Positions 34,759 to 44,778 of a stretch of DNA of 50,809 nt are shown here, piece after piece. The notes under the pieces were generated by a model. That model saw only the letters and a program-made list of their open reading frames with translations, did no database searches and was not told where the DNA came from. Position numbers and translations under genes: made by a program. How positions within the stretch are numbered: position 1 is the stretch's first letter; each line of letters begins with the position of its first letter. Source of the DNA: a virus (lineage: Duplodnaviria; Caudoviricetes); IMG/VR virus record IMGVR_UViG_3300030372_000654, positions 1-50,809 of that record; one strand, given 5' to 3'.

Positions 34759-35400
34759 TTAAACTCCTGTTTTACCTAACAAACTTTCGTTAGCTTGTGG
34801 TTGTTTTCTTTGTAAAATACTTTCTTTAATTTTACTTGTATCTAAATTATCTAATTGAGCTTTTAACTCTGGACTAGTCATAGGTATGTTTTTAGGTTGA
34901 ACTGGTAGCTCTCGAAGATTTTTAGGATTAGGTGTTACTTCATTACTTGTTTGTAAGTTTCTTGCAACCTGTACATTTTTTTGTGCGATTGCTTTATCTT
35001 CTTCATCATCATCTAATGACTCATCAAGGTCTTCATCTTCTGAAAGGATTGGGTCAATACCTATTTTTTCTGCAACGGATAAAAGCATATACATAGTTGG
35101 TTCCATTAATGTAATAGCTAAATCAGGATTAATTTTACCTTTTTGAAAAGCTGTTTTAATTAATAACTCTGCAATGTTTGCTACTGGAACTTCATCAGAC
35201 ATCATACCTGCAAGAGTTTCCATGTTTTCAGGTTTAATAATTTCTAAAAACATTTTATCAATTGCTTCTCGTTGAGTTGTAATTTCAGGCGGTTGTTCCC
35301 AAGGATACGGAGTATCAGGAGAGTTTGTTAAAGACTGTCCGGGAACAGGAGCTTCAAACAAATAAGGTGTTGTTTCAGGGATTATATTTGCATTAGCCAT
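34759..35400 (-). CDS. Virion-associated protein
   Basis: APVPGQSLT..YPWEQPP motif; GGAGG RBS before ATG 35400. Confidence 0.75.
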   Translation of the reverse strand: MANANIIPETTPYLFEAPVPGQSLTNSPDTPYPWEQPPEITTQREAIDKMFLEIIKPENMETLAGMMSDEVPVANIAELLIKTAFQKGKINPDLAITLMEPTMYMLLSVAEKIGIDPILSEDEDLDESLDDDEEDKAIAQKNVQVARNLQTSNEVTPNPKNLRELPVQPKNIPMTSPELKAQLDNLDTSKIKESILQRKQPQANESLLGKTGV

Positions 35401-36499
35401 ATGTTCCTCCAGTAGCATAATCAGCAAAGGTTAAACCATATCCCGGTGCACCTATTGCAGTATTTATAGGATCAGTGCCGGGATTACCAAAAATTCCAGC
35501 ATAAGCATTAGCTGCACTATTCATATTTGATGATGCATTCATTGGTATAAATGTAGCATCTGTTCCACCTAAAGTATATGGTTCGTTTGGTTGATTTAAT
35601 TGGTTTGCCATTCCAATGTTTGGATTATAAAAAGCACCTTCTACATTATCAGGATTAAAATATTTATAGGCTGTAAAAACACCTGATGCATCTTTTGCAA
35701 GTGATGCTGCTTCTCCTACAGTTACTCCAGTTCCTAAAACTTCTGCATCACCTACTTTTGTTTTTAAATTTTGACTACCATCAACAATTTTTCTAAATAT
35801 ACCATCTTCTTTAATTTCTGGTGTATCAATAGTTTTAATTGTTGGAGCTTCTTTAGGGTCAATTCCTAAATCTTTAGCACGTGCTTTAGCATCAGCAGTA
35901 ATTTTTCTTTGTCTTATTTGTTCTTTACGTAATTGTTCCGTTTTACCTGCTGGTAATTCTGCTCCTGAATCAATTCTTTTTTCTAAATCTGCAAAACTTT
36001 CTTTTGCTTGATCAGTTACTTCAGTAGGACTTAAAGTATCAGGAGTAGCACTAAACCGATTAGCTGTATCACTTACAAAATTTTTAAACGAAGTAGCTAA
36101 TCCTTCAGAACCGGGACTCATAAAAGGTTTAGTTACCATATCAATCCCAGCAGTTAGTGCTTTACTTACTGTATTATAAACAGCACCTATAGTATTATCA
36201 TAAGCGAAAGATGCTGCACTTTTTATAGAACTTCCAATGCTTGATAAAGTACTAGCAAACTTTGAAGGTAACATATTCATAACTTTAGAACCAAACTGTC
36301 CCATCCAAGACGTAAGCACATTACCCATACCGGGCAATATAAAAAACAAAGCTAAATGACCTAGAGGTCCTAATTTACCAAAAGCTTTTGTAAGTTTTTT
36401 AAAACCTTTTTTAATTCCTCTACCTATCTTACGCATTCGTTTAGCTATAGAGCTTCCAAGCTTTTTAAAACGTTTCTTTATACTTTTAAATAATCCCAT
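35393..36499 (-). CDS. Internal virion protein with a basic amphipathic N-terminus
   Basis: MGLFKSIKKRFKKLG.. followed by a hydrophobic segment. Confidence 0.7.
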   Translation of the reverse strand: MGLFKSIKKRFKKLGSSIAKRMRKIGRGIKKGFKKLTKAFGKLGPLGHLALFFILPGMGNVLTSWMGQFGSKVMNMLPSKFASTLSSIGSSIKSAASFAYDNTIGAVYNTVSKALTAGIDMVTKPFMSPGSEGLATSFKNFVSDTANRFSATPDTLSPTEVTDQAKESFADLEKRIDSGAELPAGKTEQLRKEQIRQRKITADAKARAKDLGIDPKEAPTIKTIDTPEIKEDGIFRKIVDGSQNLKTKVGDAEVLGTGVTVGEAASLAKDASGVFTAYKYFNPDNVEGAFYNPNIGMANQLNQPNEPYTLGGTDATFIPMNASSNMNSAANAYAGIFGNPGTDPINTAIGAPGYGLTFADYATGGTYG

Positions 36500-36508
36500 A
36501 TTTTCCTC

Positions 36509-38782
36509 TTAATCGTTATCTAACCAACCGTCTACTAAGCTTGTAATAGCTTGTAAATTACCTGCCCAACTATCTTTTCTATTTACACCTTCTTCATTAC
36601 CTAGAGCAGCTACAAGTAAAGATGTTTTTCTTTGCTCATCATTATCCCATCTTTTAAATGCAAAGTCTGCTTCGTCTCTAAGTTCTTGCCATAAAAAGTT
36701 TTGAGCTGCTACTGTAAGACCATATGCATTCTGAGCATTCTGTTGATTAACTGCATTAATTGCTGCAGTCTCTGCTGTGTTTGCTTGTCTTCTCCATTGC
36801 ACATTTGATTGTGCTATAGCTGTAGCATTTTGAACATTAAATTGTTCTCTATTATATTCTAACTGAGTATTAAACTGCTCAACTTGAGTAGCTAATTGAG
36901 CATCTAATTTATTAGCTTCAAACTCATTAGCAACTCTACGAGCTTCAGCAGCGTTTAATTGATTGCTATTAAACTGAGCCATTGCATTATTTTGTTGAGC
37001 ATTAAATTGCTCAACTGATGCATTTAAACTTGCCATAAATTGATTGGTTTGATTTTGACTTGTAGCATTAAATTGTTGTGCAGCATTTTCAGCAGCTTGA
37101 TTACTTAACATTCTTTGTTGCTCATTTTGTGCTTTAATCATACTAGCTTGTTGTTCATTACTTAAATTAGCCATATCCATAGCTAAAAAAGCTTGAGCAT
37201 TTTGTATACCAAACTTAGTATTTTGATCAGCTTCTGCTAAGTTTCTTTGTGACATTAATATAGCATTTTGAACAGCAGCTTGTTGATCATTACTAGCATT
37301 AGTTAAACTAACTGTTTGTAAAAACTTACTATTATTAACAGCTCTTTGTTGATCAGCACTAAACTGAGCCATGTCCATACTAAAAACATTTTGAGCATTA
37401 AACAAAGCTGTTTGTTGGTTTAGCTCTGCATCTTTTAATGCAGCAGTAGCTTCAATAGATTTTTGTTGTGATACACTAGTTTGTATAGCTTGAGCATTTG
37501 CTTGAGCTATCGGTAAGGCTGATGTTATAATAGTATTAATTAAGGCATCTCTTCCTACAGTAGAAACTTCCATGCCACGTTTAGCTAACATTTGTTCAAC
37601 AGATGCTACAGCAGGTCTAGCCCAAGCAGGTATATTACCTTCTTCAATACCAACTAGTAAACTATCTATTTGATTTGATACTAAAGCTTCTTCAGGTAAT
37701 CCTTCAACAATTCCTCTTTCTTCTTCAGTAAAATCTGTTAATTTAACTTCAAGAGATTCAGGATCGTTTCCTAATTCAGCAATATCTTCTTCACTTAAAC
37801 CAGCATTACGTAATTGTTTTTTAGCTCGTGTAACTTTAGCAAGAGTTGTACCAGCTACTTTTGCAGCTTGAGCTTTTGCTTCAGGACTTATAGTTCCAAC
37901 AACTCTTTGTTGTAAAGCACCTTCTACAACTTGAACATCAACTCCTTCAATAGGAGCAGTTATATCTACTCCAGCAACTTTAGCTAAAGCTTCGTCAACT
38001 TCAGGTGAAACTGTACCACTTGCAGCATCAACTACAGCAGTTTCAGAAACTTTTGCTATATCTTGTGCAGCTATATTTGCAGCTTCAAATGATTTAGGTT
38101 CATTTGCTGTAGCAACATCTTCAATGGTCGATACTTGTTCAGGCGAAACAGCAGCTACTTTTGCAGCTTCTGCATCTTTAATATCTTTTATTTGAAGAGC
38201 AGCAGCTTGTTCAGGAGTAATTTCTGTACCTTCTCGACTAATAGGTGTTGGTGCATCAATCTGTGGAATATCTTCAGGTTTAACACCAGCAGCTAACTGT
38301 TCAGCTCTAGCACCAGTTCTTAAACCTCTATATTCTCTACCAATTTGAAAAGCTGATTTACCTGCTGGGTCTTCCATCCCAATAGGAGTAGTTCTTTTCA
38401 TAGCTCCTGTAGCATCAGGCTTTTGTTCGTCTGAATATTCACCCGGCTGTACATTTCCAAAACCCGGATCAAATGGTGTTTGTTCAGGTGGAGCTGGTTG
38501 TACTTGAGTAACCTCACCAGTAGATTGCTCTTGAGGTTGATTATTTTGAGTAGTTGTTTGAGTTGTTGTAGTAGTTTCTGGTGTAGTTTGAGTAGTAGCA
38601 ACAGGAGTTTCAGAAGCAGGAGGGTTATCTTTTACTTGTTGATTTAGTCTATCTTGTCGTCTTACTTCGTCAAACTCTTCTCTTCCACGACCACCTCTTT
38701 GTAAAGAAACTCTACCACCTTTAGTATAATCTTCTCTAGAACCTTTACTGTATCTTTTTCTATCTTTTCTTTTATTTGCCAT
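36509..38782 (-). CDS. Internal virion / DNA-transfer protein with Gln/Asn/Ala-rich helical repeats
   Basis: QFNA-type repeats; IPAWAR and LWQELRD motifs. Confidence 0.75.
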   Translation of the reverse strand: MANKRKDRKRYSKGSREDYTKGGRVSLQRGGRGREEFDEVRRQDRLNQQVKDNPPASETPVATTQTTPETTTTTQTTTQNNQPQEQSTGEVTQVQPAPPEQTPFDPGFGNVQPGEYSDEQKPDATGAMKRTTPIGMEDPAGKSAFQIGREYRGLRTGARAEQLAAGVKPEDIPQIDAPTPISREGTEITPEQAAALQIKDIKDAEAAKVAAVSPEQVSTIEDVATANEPKSFEAANIAAQDIAKVSETAVVDAASGTVSPEVDEALAKVAGVDITAPIEGVDVQVVEGALQQRVVGTISPEAKAQAAKVAGTTLAKVTRAKKQLRNAGLSEEDIAELGNDPESLEVKLTDFTEEERGIVEGLPEEALVSNQIDSLLVGIEEGNIPAWARPAVASVEQMLAKRGMEVSTVGRDALINTIITSALPIAQANAQAIQTSVSQQKSIEATAALKDAELNQQTALFNAQNVFSMDMAQFSADQQRAVNNSKFLQTVSLTNASNDQQAAVQNAILMSQRNLAEADQNTKFGIQNAQAFLAMDMANLSNEQQASMIKAQNEQQRMLSNQAAENAAQQFNATSQNQTNQFMASLNASVEQFNAQQNNAMAQFNSNQLNAAEARRVANEFEANKLDAQLATQVEQFNTQLEYNREQFNVQNATAIAQSNVQWRRQANTAETAAINAVNQQNAQNAYGLTVAAQNFLWQELRDEADFAFKRWDNDEQRKTSLLVAALGNEEGVNRKDSWAGNLQAITSLVDGWLDND

Positions 38783-38803
38783 TTTAAATCCTATATACCT
38801 ATT

Positions 38804-39046
38804 TTACTTAACTTCAAACAATTTGTCAAGCTTTTCACTGATTTTATCTATTCTTTCCATGAGTCTAGACATATCATCTCTTAACTCAGCTTTAGTTACG
38901 TATTCTCTTGCAATCTCTTCACGAGTTTTGTTTAGCAAGATGTCTTGTCTTTTAATTTCTGCAGAGTTTTGTCTAATGCCATAAACTATTGGAGCTAGGA
39001 CAAGAGTTACAAAAACATTCCATATAATGTATGCTGAGATTTCCAT
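38804..39046 (-). CDS. Small protein with a TM helix and coiled coil
   Basis: N-terminal TM helix; TREEIAREYVTK..IDKI..KLD. Confidence 0.7.
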   Translation of the reverse strand: MEISAYIIWNVFVTLVLAPIVYGIRQNSAEIKRQDILLNKTREEIAREYVTKAELRDDMSRLMERIDKISEKLDKLFEVK

Positions 39047-39047
39047 C

Positions 39048-39611
39048 TTAGCCTACAGATGGTAATTCGCCAATTGGTCTAACTGCTGGGTCTGCATTGT
39101 TATATACATATAAAGCTGCTAAAGCATCTACGTCTGCAGCGTTATCTATTTGTGTACACATAGCATTAGCCTTAGTTCTTACTGCAGCTCTTTGAGTTGT
39201 AATAGAACTAGGAACTGCTGTACCACCTTCTGAAGCTCGAACAACCATCCAGTCTGTAGGTGATAGTCTACCGGCTGCTCCTGAGTTGATAACTTCTTTG
39301 TGTAAAGTTTTCAAACCTTTAACTAAAGTATCGCCTGAACCTGAATCATTTAAAGGTTTAGCTGTAGCCGTACCATAGGTTGCAGTAACTGTACCACTTG
39401 CAAAGTTAAACGATTGGTCAGTGTTATTGTAATATTTAGGGTTTTTATAATTAGTGCCATCTTGCACGACCTCATAAATTCCAATAGCTTCTAACTCAGA
39501 TGCAGACCACATAGTAAATATATTACTAGGATAGTTTACATTTCCTATAGTTAGTGCTTTAGGTCTTGTATAGACCTGTGTTACGTTATTTGATTCTACT
39601 AAAGCCCACAT
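39048..39611 (-). CDS. Tail fibre assembly/chaperone-like protein
   Basis: L..TDWMVVR..E......R.AVR motif; follows the fibre genes. Confidence 0.65.
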   Translation of the reverse strand: MWALVESNNVTQVYTRPKALTIGNVNYPSNIFTMWSASELEAIGIYEVVQDGTNYKNPKYYNNTDQSFNFASGTVTATYGTATAKPLNDSGSGDTLVKGLKTLHKEVINSGAAGRLSPTDWMVVRASEGGTAVPSSITTQRAAVRTKANAMCTQIDNAADVDALAALYVYNNADPAVRPIGELPSVG

Positions 39612-39613
39612 AA

Positions 39614-40684
39614 TTACCTCGCTGTTGTTGGGATTCCTGTTGATGTTACCAATGGATTTTCTGCAAATGCCATATACAAATAAGTATGGTCGCTAAAATT
39701 AAGGTTATTATCATCTCTGCATTTAAACCCATTACTTAAAAAATCTATATTCTTTGTTGAACTTGCACCTTGAGGGTCACTTGCTTGAGCAACTAAATAA
39801 TCATCCATTACATTTGATGTGCTTCTAGCAGTATCCATAATATCCCAACCCATATTTGCTTGGGTAGATTTAAACATTATCCATTTTGGTTTAAATCCTG
39901 TATAAACAAAAGCACCATCATCTGCAGAATTTCCTTTATAACTACCAAACTTGCTGTAGCCTTGTTTTTCTGTCCAAGCCCAAAAAATATACTCGTCACC
40001 ATTTATATTACAATTATCATAAGCACTTGAACCTTGAAATACAGTAAAAATACTTGAAGTACCTCTACTGTTACTAGCTCTTGCACTAACCCTACCTGAT
40101 GCACTATCAGTTTCACCATTAGTATAGAACCTCATTACATGATTAGCTGAATTTTTTTCATGCCAAACAAGCCACGCTGCAGCAGTATCTTTCCTTTTTA
40201 CTATTATCCAATTAGGTTTTGCTCCAAGTCCATGTCCTATTGTTTGGTTATCCGAACCGTTACCTGTGTAAGTTCCTATGGTAAAACCAGCAGTAGAATT
40301 TGTTTGTATCGTACTTGTAATATCGCCATCTGAATTAGAGCTGGTAGAATTTCCGTTAGCTTTCCATTGCCACGCAACATTTTTTTCACCATTTACATTA
40401 TTACTACTATTATTTGTTATACCAAATCCATCTGTATTAAATGAACTTATTAAAGAACTAGCAGTACCTATGGCTGATGTTACATTACTCCTAAAATATT
40501 TTGTAACACCATAGTTTGATGTTTGCCATATATGTGCAGTATTTGAATCCATACATTTCATCCAAACAAAATCTGGTTGCAAATCACTATTACCATCATT
40601 GGTAATATTTGTAGCTGTAGCATTACCAGTCCATCTAGCAACCTGAAAGTGTGCTGATGGGTCGTCTATTGTTGTATAAGACAT
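39614..40684 (-). CDS. Tail fibre / receptor-binding protein
   Basis: Repeated YTGNG..HGLG..P.WII.K and YTGFKP.W modules. Confidence 0.7.
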   Translation of the reverse strand: MSYTTIDDPSAHFQVARWTGNATATNITNDGNSDLQPDFVWMKCMDSNTAHIWQTSNYGVTKYFRSNVTSAIGTASSLISSFNTDGFGITNNSSNNVNGEKNVAWQWKANGNSTSSNSDGDITSTIQTNSTAGFTIGTYTGNGSDNQTIGHGLGAKPNWIIVKRKDTAAAWLVWHEKNSANHVMRFYTNGETDSASGRVSARASNSRGTSSIFTVFQGSSAYDNCNINGDEYIFWAWTEKQGYSKFGSYKGNSADDGAFVYTGFKPKWIMFKSTQANMGWDIMDTARSTSNVMDDYLVAQASDPQGASSTKNIDFLSNGFKCRDDNNLNFSDHTYLYMAFAENPLVTSTGIPTTAR

Positions 40685-40685
40685 A

Positions 40686-42179
40686 TTATCCGTACTCCGC
40701 TAAATTTTTTGTACACAAGGCATAGTAGCCTGTTGGTGGTGCATACTCGAATGTTCCATATCCGTTTGCATCTGTTGCTGCACTTGAGATTGATATATTT
40801 GTAAAACCACCAAAGTTTACTAACCAACCTGCATTACCAGTATAAGAACCATGTGTTGCTTTATAGGCTGATACTGCAAACATATAAAGACCTTCTGCAT
40901 CTCCACCTGTAGGAATTGATATTCCGTTTGTTCCGTTTACTGGGTCTCCACTACTTTGATAAGTTCCGTCTTTTGACCAATAAACCTTACCATTGTCAGC
41001 ATCAAGAGCCACACCTATTATATTGCTATTAGTATAATCATTGGCTGATGCTGGTAAGGAATCTCCAACTTCAGCTTTAGGTGTTCCATAACCTATAGCT
41101 TTACCAACCATTACATTATCATTGTTTCTACCCCAATTTTCTATATCTCCAAAATCTCCAACGCCTATACCAGCCATTGCAGGGTCATAAATTAATTGTC
41201 CTTCCATGTACCACTTACCTGATGTAACTCCTATAGTTGAAATAGCTGTTTGCCAATAGTCATCAAGAGTGCTGGTAGTTCTTGTGCTGCCTTCAGTATA
41301 AGTTGGGTTATTACTAGCTGTTGCTGAGTTTCTGTTTAAAACATTAAGTGTTGCAAAATTATTAGTCGGAGTATCTGTAGACTGGTCGGCTGCTGTTATA
41401 TTGTTTAAACTCCAATTATTTCCATTTCCACTAGCATCAGCACCCAAAGAACCTGAATTACTAAAATCTAAATAAAAACCATTTGTTCCATAAGAGCCTT
41501 CGTATTCTTTAGGCATCCATATAGCACTATCTTCATCAAACTCTCCAAAGTCTGTTGGAGCTAATGCTTCACCTTCAACCCAATGTATTTCAGCCATATA
41601 ACCATTAAATCCTTGAGCAAAACCTGTAGAAGCATTAATAAAAGCTCCAATAGCATGAACAACATTACCATCTGTACCATCGTTCTTTTTGCCCCAAATA
41701 GATTTTTCGTTTTGACTAGGTTGAGTATCTGTAGAAAAATCAGTTATTTCTTCACCGTTAACATACAGTCTCATTCTATTTCCAGCAGTAGCGTTGGCTG
41801 TGTCCCATACTGCTACAACGTGCATCCAAGCACTATAATCTCGAAAAACTGCTGTTGTTCTAAGTTCAGCAACACCATCAACATCTGAATTATTTCTAAA
41901 CCCTATTGGTTGTCCTCTAAAACGAATATCAAAATCACTTTGAGCATCTGATGCACCAAACATTCTTTCTTTTGGAGCAGTGGCTGAACTTTCTGTCGGT
42001 ATATGTTTTACCCACATAGAAGCAGTCCATTTTAACCTGTTCCAATCTGAACCTGAAGTATCTCTAGTTATATACAAATATTCTGAGTTATCAGATTCAA
42101 ACTTCAAAGAGTTACCAATATTATACCCAGTATCTGTAGATATACTACCTCTATTATGTAACCTTTGTAAAGTTTCCAT
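40686..42179 (-). CDS. Tail protein with concanavalin A/LamG-like and SPRY-like domains
   Basis: WT.S.WVK, W.HVV..WDT, LYVNG, GY.AE; SGKWY.E, IGVALD.DNG. Confidence 0.75.
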   Translation of the reverse strand: METLQRLHNRGSISTDTGYNIGNSLKFESDNSEYLYITRDTSGSDWNRLKWTASMWVKHIPTESSATAPKERMFGASDAQSDFDIRFRGQPIGFRNNSDVDGVAELRTTAVFRDYSAWMHVVAVWDTANATAGNRMRLYVNGEEITDFSTDTQPSQNEKSIWGKKNDGTDGNVVHAIGAFINASTGFAQGFNGYMAEIHWVEGEALAPTDFGEFDEDSAIWMPKEYEGSYGTNGFYLDFSNSGSLGADASGNGNNWSLNNITAADQSTDTPTNNFATLNVLNRNSATASNNPTYTEGSTRTTSTLDDYWQTAISTIGVTSGKWYMEGQLIYDPAMAGIGVGDFGDIENWGRNNDNVMVGKAIGYGTPKAEVGDSLPASANDYTNSNIIGVALDADNGKVYWSKDGTYQSSGDPVNGTNGISIPTGGDAEGLYMFAVSAYKATHGSYTGNAGWLVNFGGFTNISISSAATDANGYGTFEYAPPTGYYALCTKNLAEYG

Positions 42180-42185
42180 AGATTA

Positions 42186-44774
42186 TTAAGTTTGTGCCAT
42201 GTTCTGTACTCTGCCAATTTCTTGCCATACAGAACCATTGTATCTAAATGCAAATATATCTGTTTTATTGGCTGTAGCAGTAACCGTAGGAGCTGTTGAA
42301 GCTGCGAACTCAAATACAGTATTCCAAGCAACCGTCCTAGCTGTACCACCTTGAGCTATCTCAATACTAATAATAGCTCCTTCTACTGCATTACTTGGTG
42401 CAGATATGGTTGTGTTTTCACTAGTACTATAATATGCATTAGCTGCTGCTGCAGCATCCCAAGCTGTTGCATTAGAACTTGAACTAATAGCTACTTGAGA
42501 AATGTTTGCTGAAGTTTGACAAGTTACTACACCTGAAGTGTTTAATGTTCCATCAATGTCTGTGTTGTCTAAGTTTGCAGTTCCGTCTACATCTATGTCT
42601 CCAGATATATCTAAACTACCTGCATCAAGCTCACCAGTAATAGTTATATTCCTACCACCAGTAATGTCTTTATTGGAATCTGTAATAATAGCCTTACTTG
42701 CAATAACTGTACCGTTTGTAATACCATCTATTAAATTAATATCTGTAGCACTTGCAGTAACACCGTCTAGGATGTTTAACTCTGCAGCAGTAGACGTTAC
42801 ATTTGTACCACCTATATCAAGTGTAGTCATTGATACTTCACCAGCTACTGTCAATACTCCATCAGCAACAGTCATTAAGTCTGTGTCATCGGTATGACCA
42901 ATAGTAGTACCATTAATAATTACATTGTCAACTGTAAGTGTTGTTAAAGTTCCAAGACTTGTAATATTTGATTGTGCTGCACCTGTTACTGTAGCTGCAG
43001 TACCACTTGTATTTCCTGTAACATTACCTGTTAGATTTCCTGTAAATTGTGTTGCTGTTAGTATACCCGAACTTGGATTATAAGTAAGACCTGTATCAGT
43101 TTCTAAACCTTGTGTACCTGTAGCACCATCAACAAACACAGGAAAAATTGTTTCATCTGTACTGTTGTTTGCAGACACTGTAACTGTAGTAGCTAAAGCT
43201 GCAGTACCTGTAGTATCTTGGTTAAGTGTACCAATTACAAAATCTAACGTATTATCACTATCATCATAGGTTACTGATATGCCAGTTTCTGTGTTAGAAC
43301 TAACCATAGCACCTACTGTATCAGATATAGTTTCGGCTAGTGTTACACCTCCAATAGTTATTGCATCAGCTTCTAGCGTACCATCAATGTCTGCATCACC
43401 TGAAATATCTAAACTAGTAGCATCTACTTCTCCTGCTACAGTTACAACACCACTTGATAAAGTTATTAAATCAGTATCGCCTGTATGTCCAATTTGTGCA
43501 CCATTAATAAAAACATCATCAACGGTTAAAGATGTAAGAGTACCAAGACTTGTAATATTAGGCTGTGCTGCATCAACAACAAAATCTAACGTACCATCAG
43601 CATCTTGATAAGTTACTGTTATGTTTGTTTCTGTGTTAGAACTAACCATAGCTCCAACAATATCTTGTATTTGTTCAGTAGTTGGTATTTCAGAAGTTAT
43701 TGCTAATGTTCCTGTTGTAACAGGTAAAGTAGCTGTAACGTTTCCTGAGTATGCACTATGGGCTGCAGCTTGTAGTCTAGTATAATGAGCATTAGATGAT
43801 TCACAATAAAAATCTACATAAGATTGTGTCCCACCATTTTTAATTGCTATAGCACCTTGAGATATTGCTACTCCATTTGTAGAGCCACCAGCAACACCTA
43901 ATGTTCCTGCAACAGTAGCGTTAGTATCTGCTGTTAAAACACCAGTAACATCTAACGTACCTGCAATATCTATGTTAGTATCAAGCATTGAACTAACAAT
44001 AGAGTCAGCACCGATTACAAAATCTAATGTATTATCTGAATCATCGTAAGTTACAGATATACCTGTTTCAGTATTAGAGCCAACCATAGCTCCTACAGTA
44101 TCACTAATTGTTTCTGCTAACGTTACACCTGCTATGGTAATTGCATCAGCTTCTAAAGTTCCGTCTATATCTGCATCACCACTAATGTCTAGGGTAGCAG
44201 CATCTAGTTCTCCAGAGATTGTAATGTTTCGTCCACCAGTAATATCTTTGTTAGCATCTGTAATAATAGCTTTACTAGCTATGACAGTTCCGTTAGTTAT
44301 ACCATCTATAAGGTTTATATCTGTTGCACTAGCTGTAACACCATCTAAAATGTTTAGTTCTGCAGCAGTTGCTGTGATAGCTGTACCATTAAAGTTAATA
44401 GCATCTGCATAAAGAGTACCGTCAAAGTATCCATCTTTAAACTCTAAAGAGCTAGTACCTAAATCTATATCGTTATCTGTAACAGGTACAATAGCACCAT
44501 CGGCTATATATAACTGTTGTACAGAACTACTTGATACTTCTACATAAAACTCAATGTAGTTATTTGAGGTATCTATTAATACTTTATTGTTTGGAGAAGT
44601 TTCTCCTGCATCACCAATAAGACCAATCACTGGACCTTCGGCTGTTGTACCATCATGTGCGTGACCTGATGTATTGCTGAAAGCATTTAAAATTTGATTG
44701 TATTCGTTATTGAATAGTGCAGCAGTTATTGTGTCTCCATCTGAAAACGAACTCTGTCTTATGTACCCTGCCAT
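42186..44774 (-). CDS. Tail fibre protein with internal repeats
   Basis: MAGY.RQS..GH.HDGT..EG anchor; duplicated TAAELNILDG and SNTETGISVTYDD blocks. Confidence 0.8.
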   Translation of the reverse strand: MAGYIRQSSFSDGDTITAALFNNEYNQILNAFSNTSGHAHDGTTAEGPVIGLIGDAGETSPNNKVLIDTSNNYIEFYVEVSSSSVQQLYIADGAIVPVTDNDIDLGTSSLEFKDGYFDGTLYADAINFNGTAITATAAELNILDGVTASATDINLIDGITNGTVIASKAIITDANKDITGGRNITISGELDAATLDISGDADIDGTLEADAITIAGVTLAETISDTVGAMVGSNTETGISVTYDDSDNTLDFVIGADSIVSSMLDTNIDIAGTLDVTGVLTADTNATVAGTLGVAGGSTNGVAISQGAIAIKNGGTQSYVDFYCESSNAHYTRLQAAAHSAYSGNVTATLPVTTGTLAITSEIPTTEQIQDIVGAMVSSNTETNITVTYQDADGTLDFVVDAAQPNITSLGTLTSLTVDDVFINGAQIGHTGDTDLITLSSGVVTVAGEVDATSLDISGDADIDGTLEADAITIGGVTLAETISDTVGAMVSSNTETGISVTYDDSDNTLDFVIGTLNQDTTGTAALATTVTVSANNSTDETIFPVFVDGATGTQGLETDTGLTYNPSSGILTATQFTGNLTGNVTGNTSGTAATVTGAAQSNITSLGTLTTLTVDNVIINGTTIGHTDDTDLMTVADGVLTVAGEVSMTTLDIGGTNVTSTAAELNILDGVTASATDINLIDGITNGTVIASKAIITDSNKDITGGRNITITGELDAGSLDISGDIDVDGTANLDNTDIDGTLNTSGVVTCQTSANISQVAISSSSNATAWDAAAAANAYYSTSENTTISAPSNAVEGAIISIEIAQGGTARTVAWNTVFEFAASTAPTVTATANKTDIFAFRYNGSVWQEIGRVQNMAQT

Positions 44775-44778
44775 TTGT

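Noticed and set aside
42538-44412. Plus-strand ORFs within the tail fibre gene
   Set aside because: Antisense shadows of repetitive codons, with no RBS.
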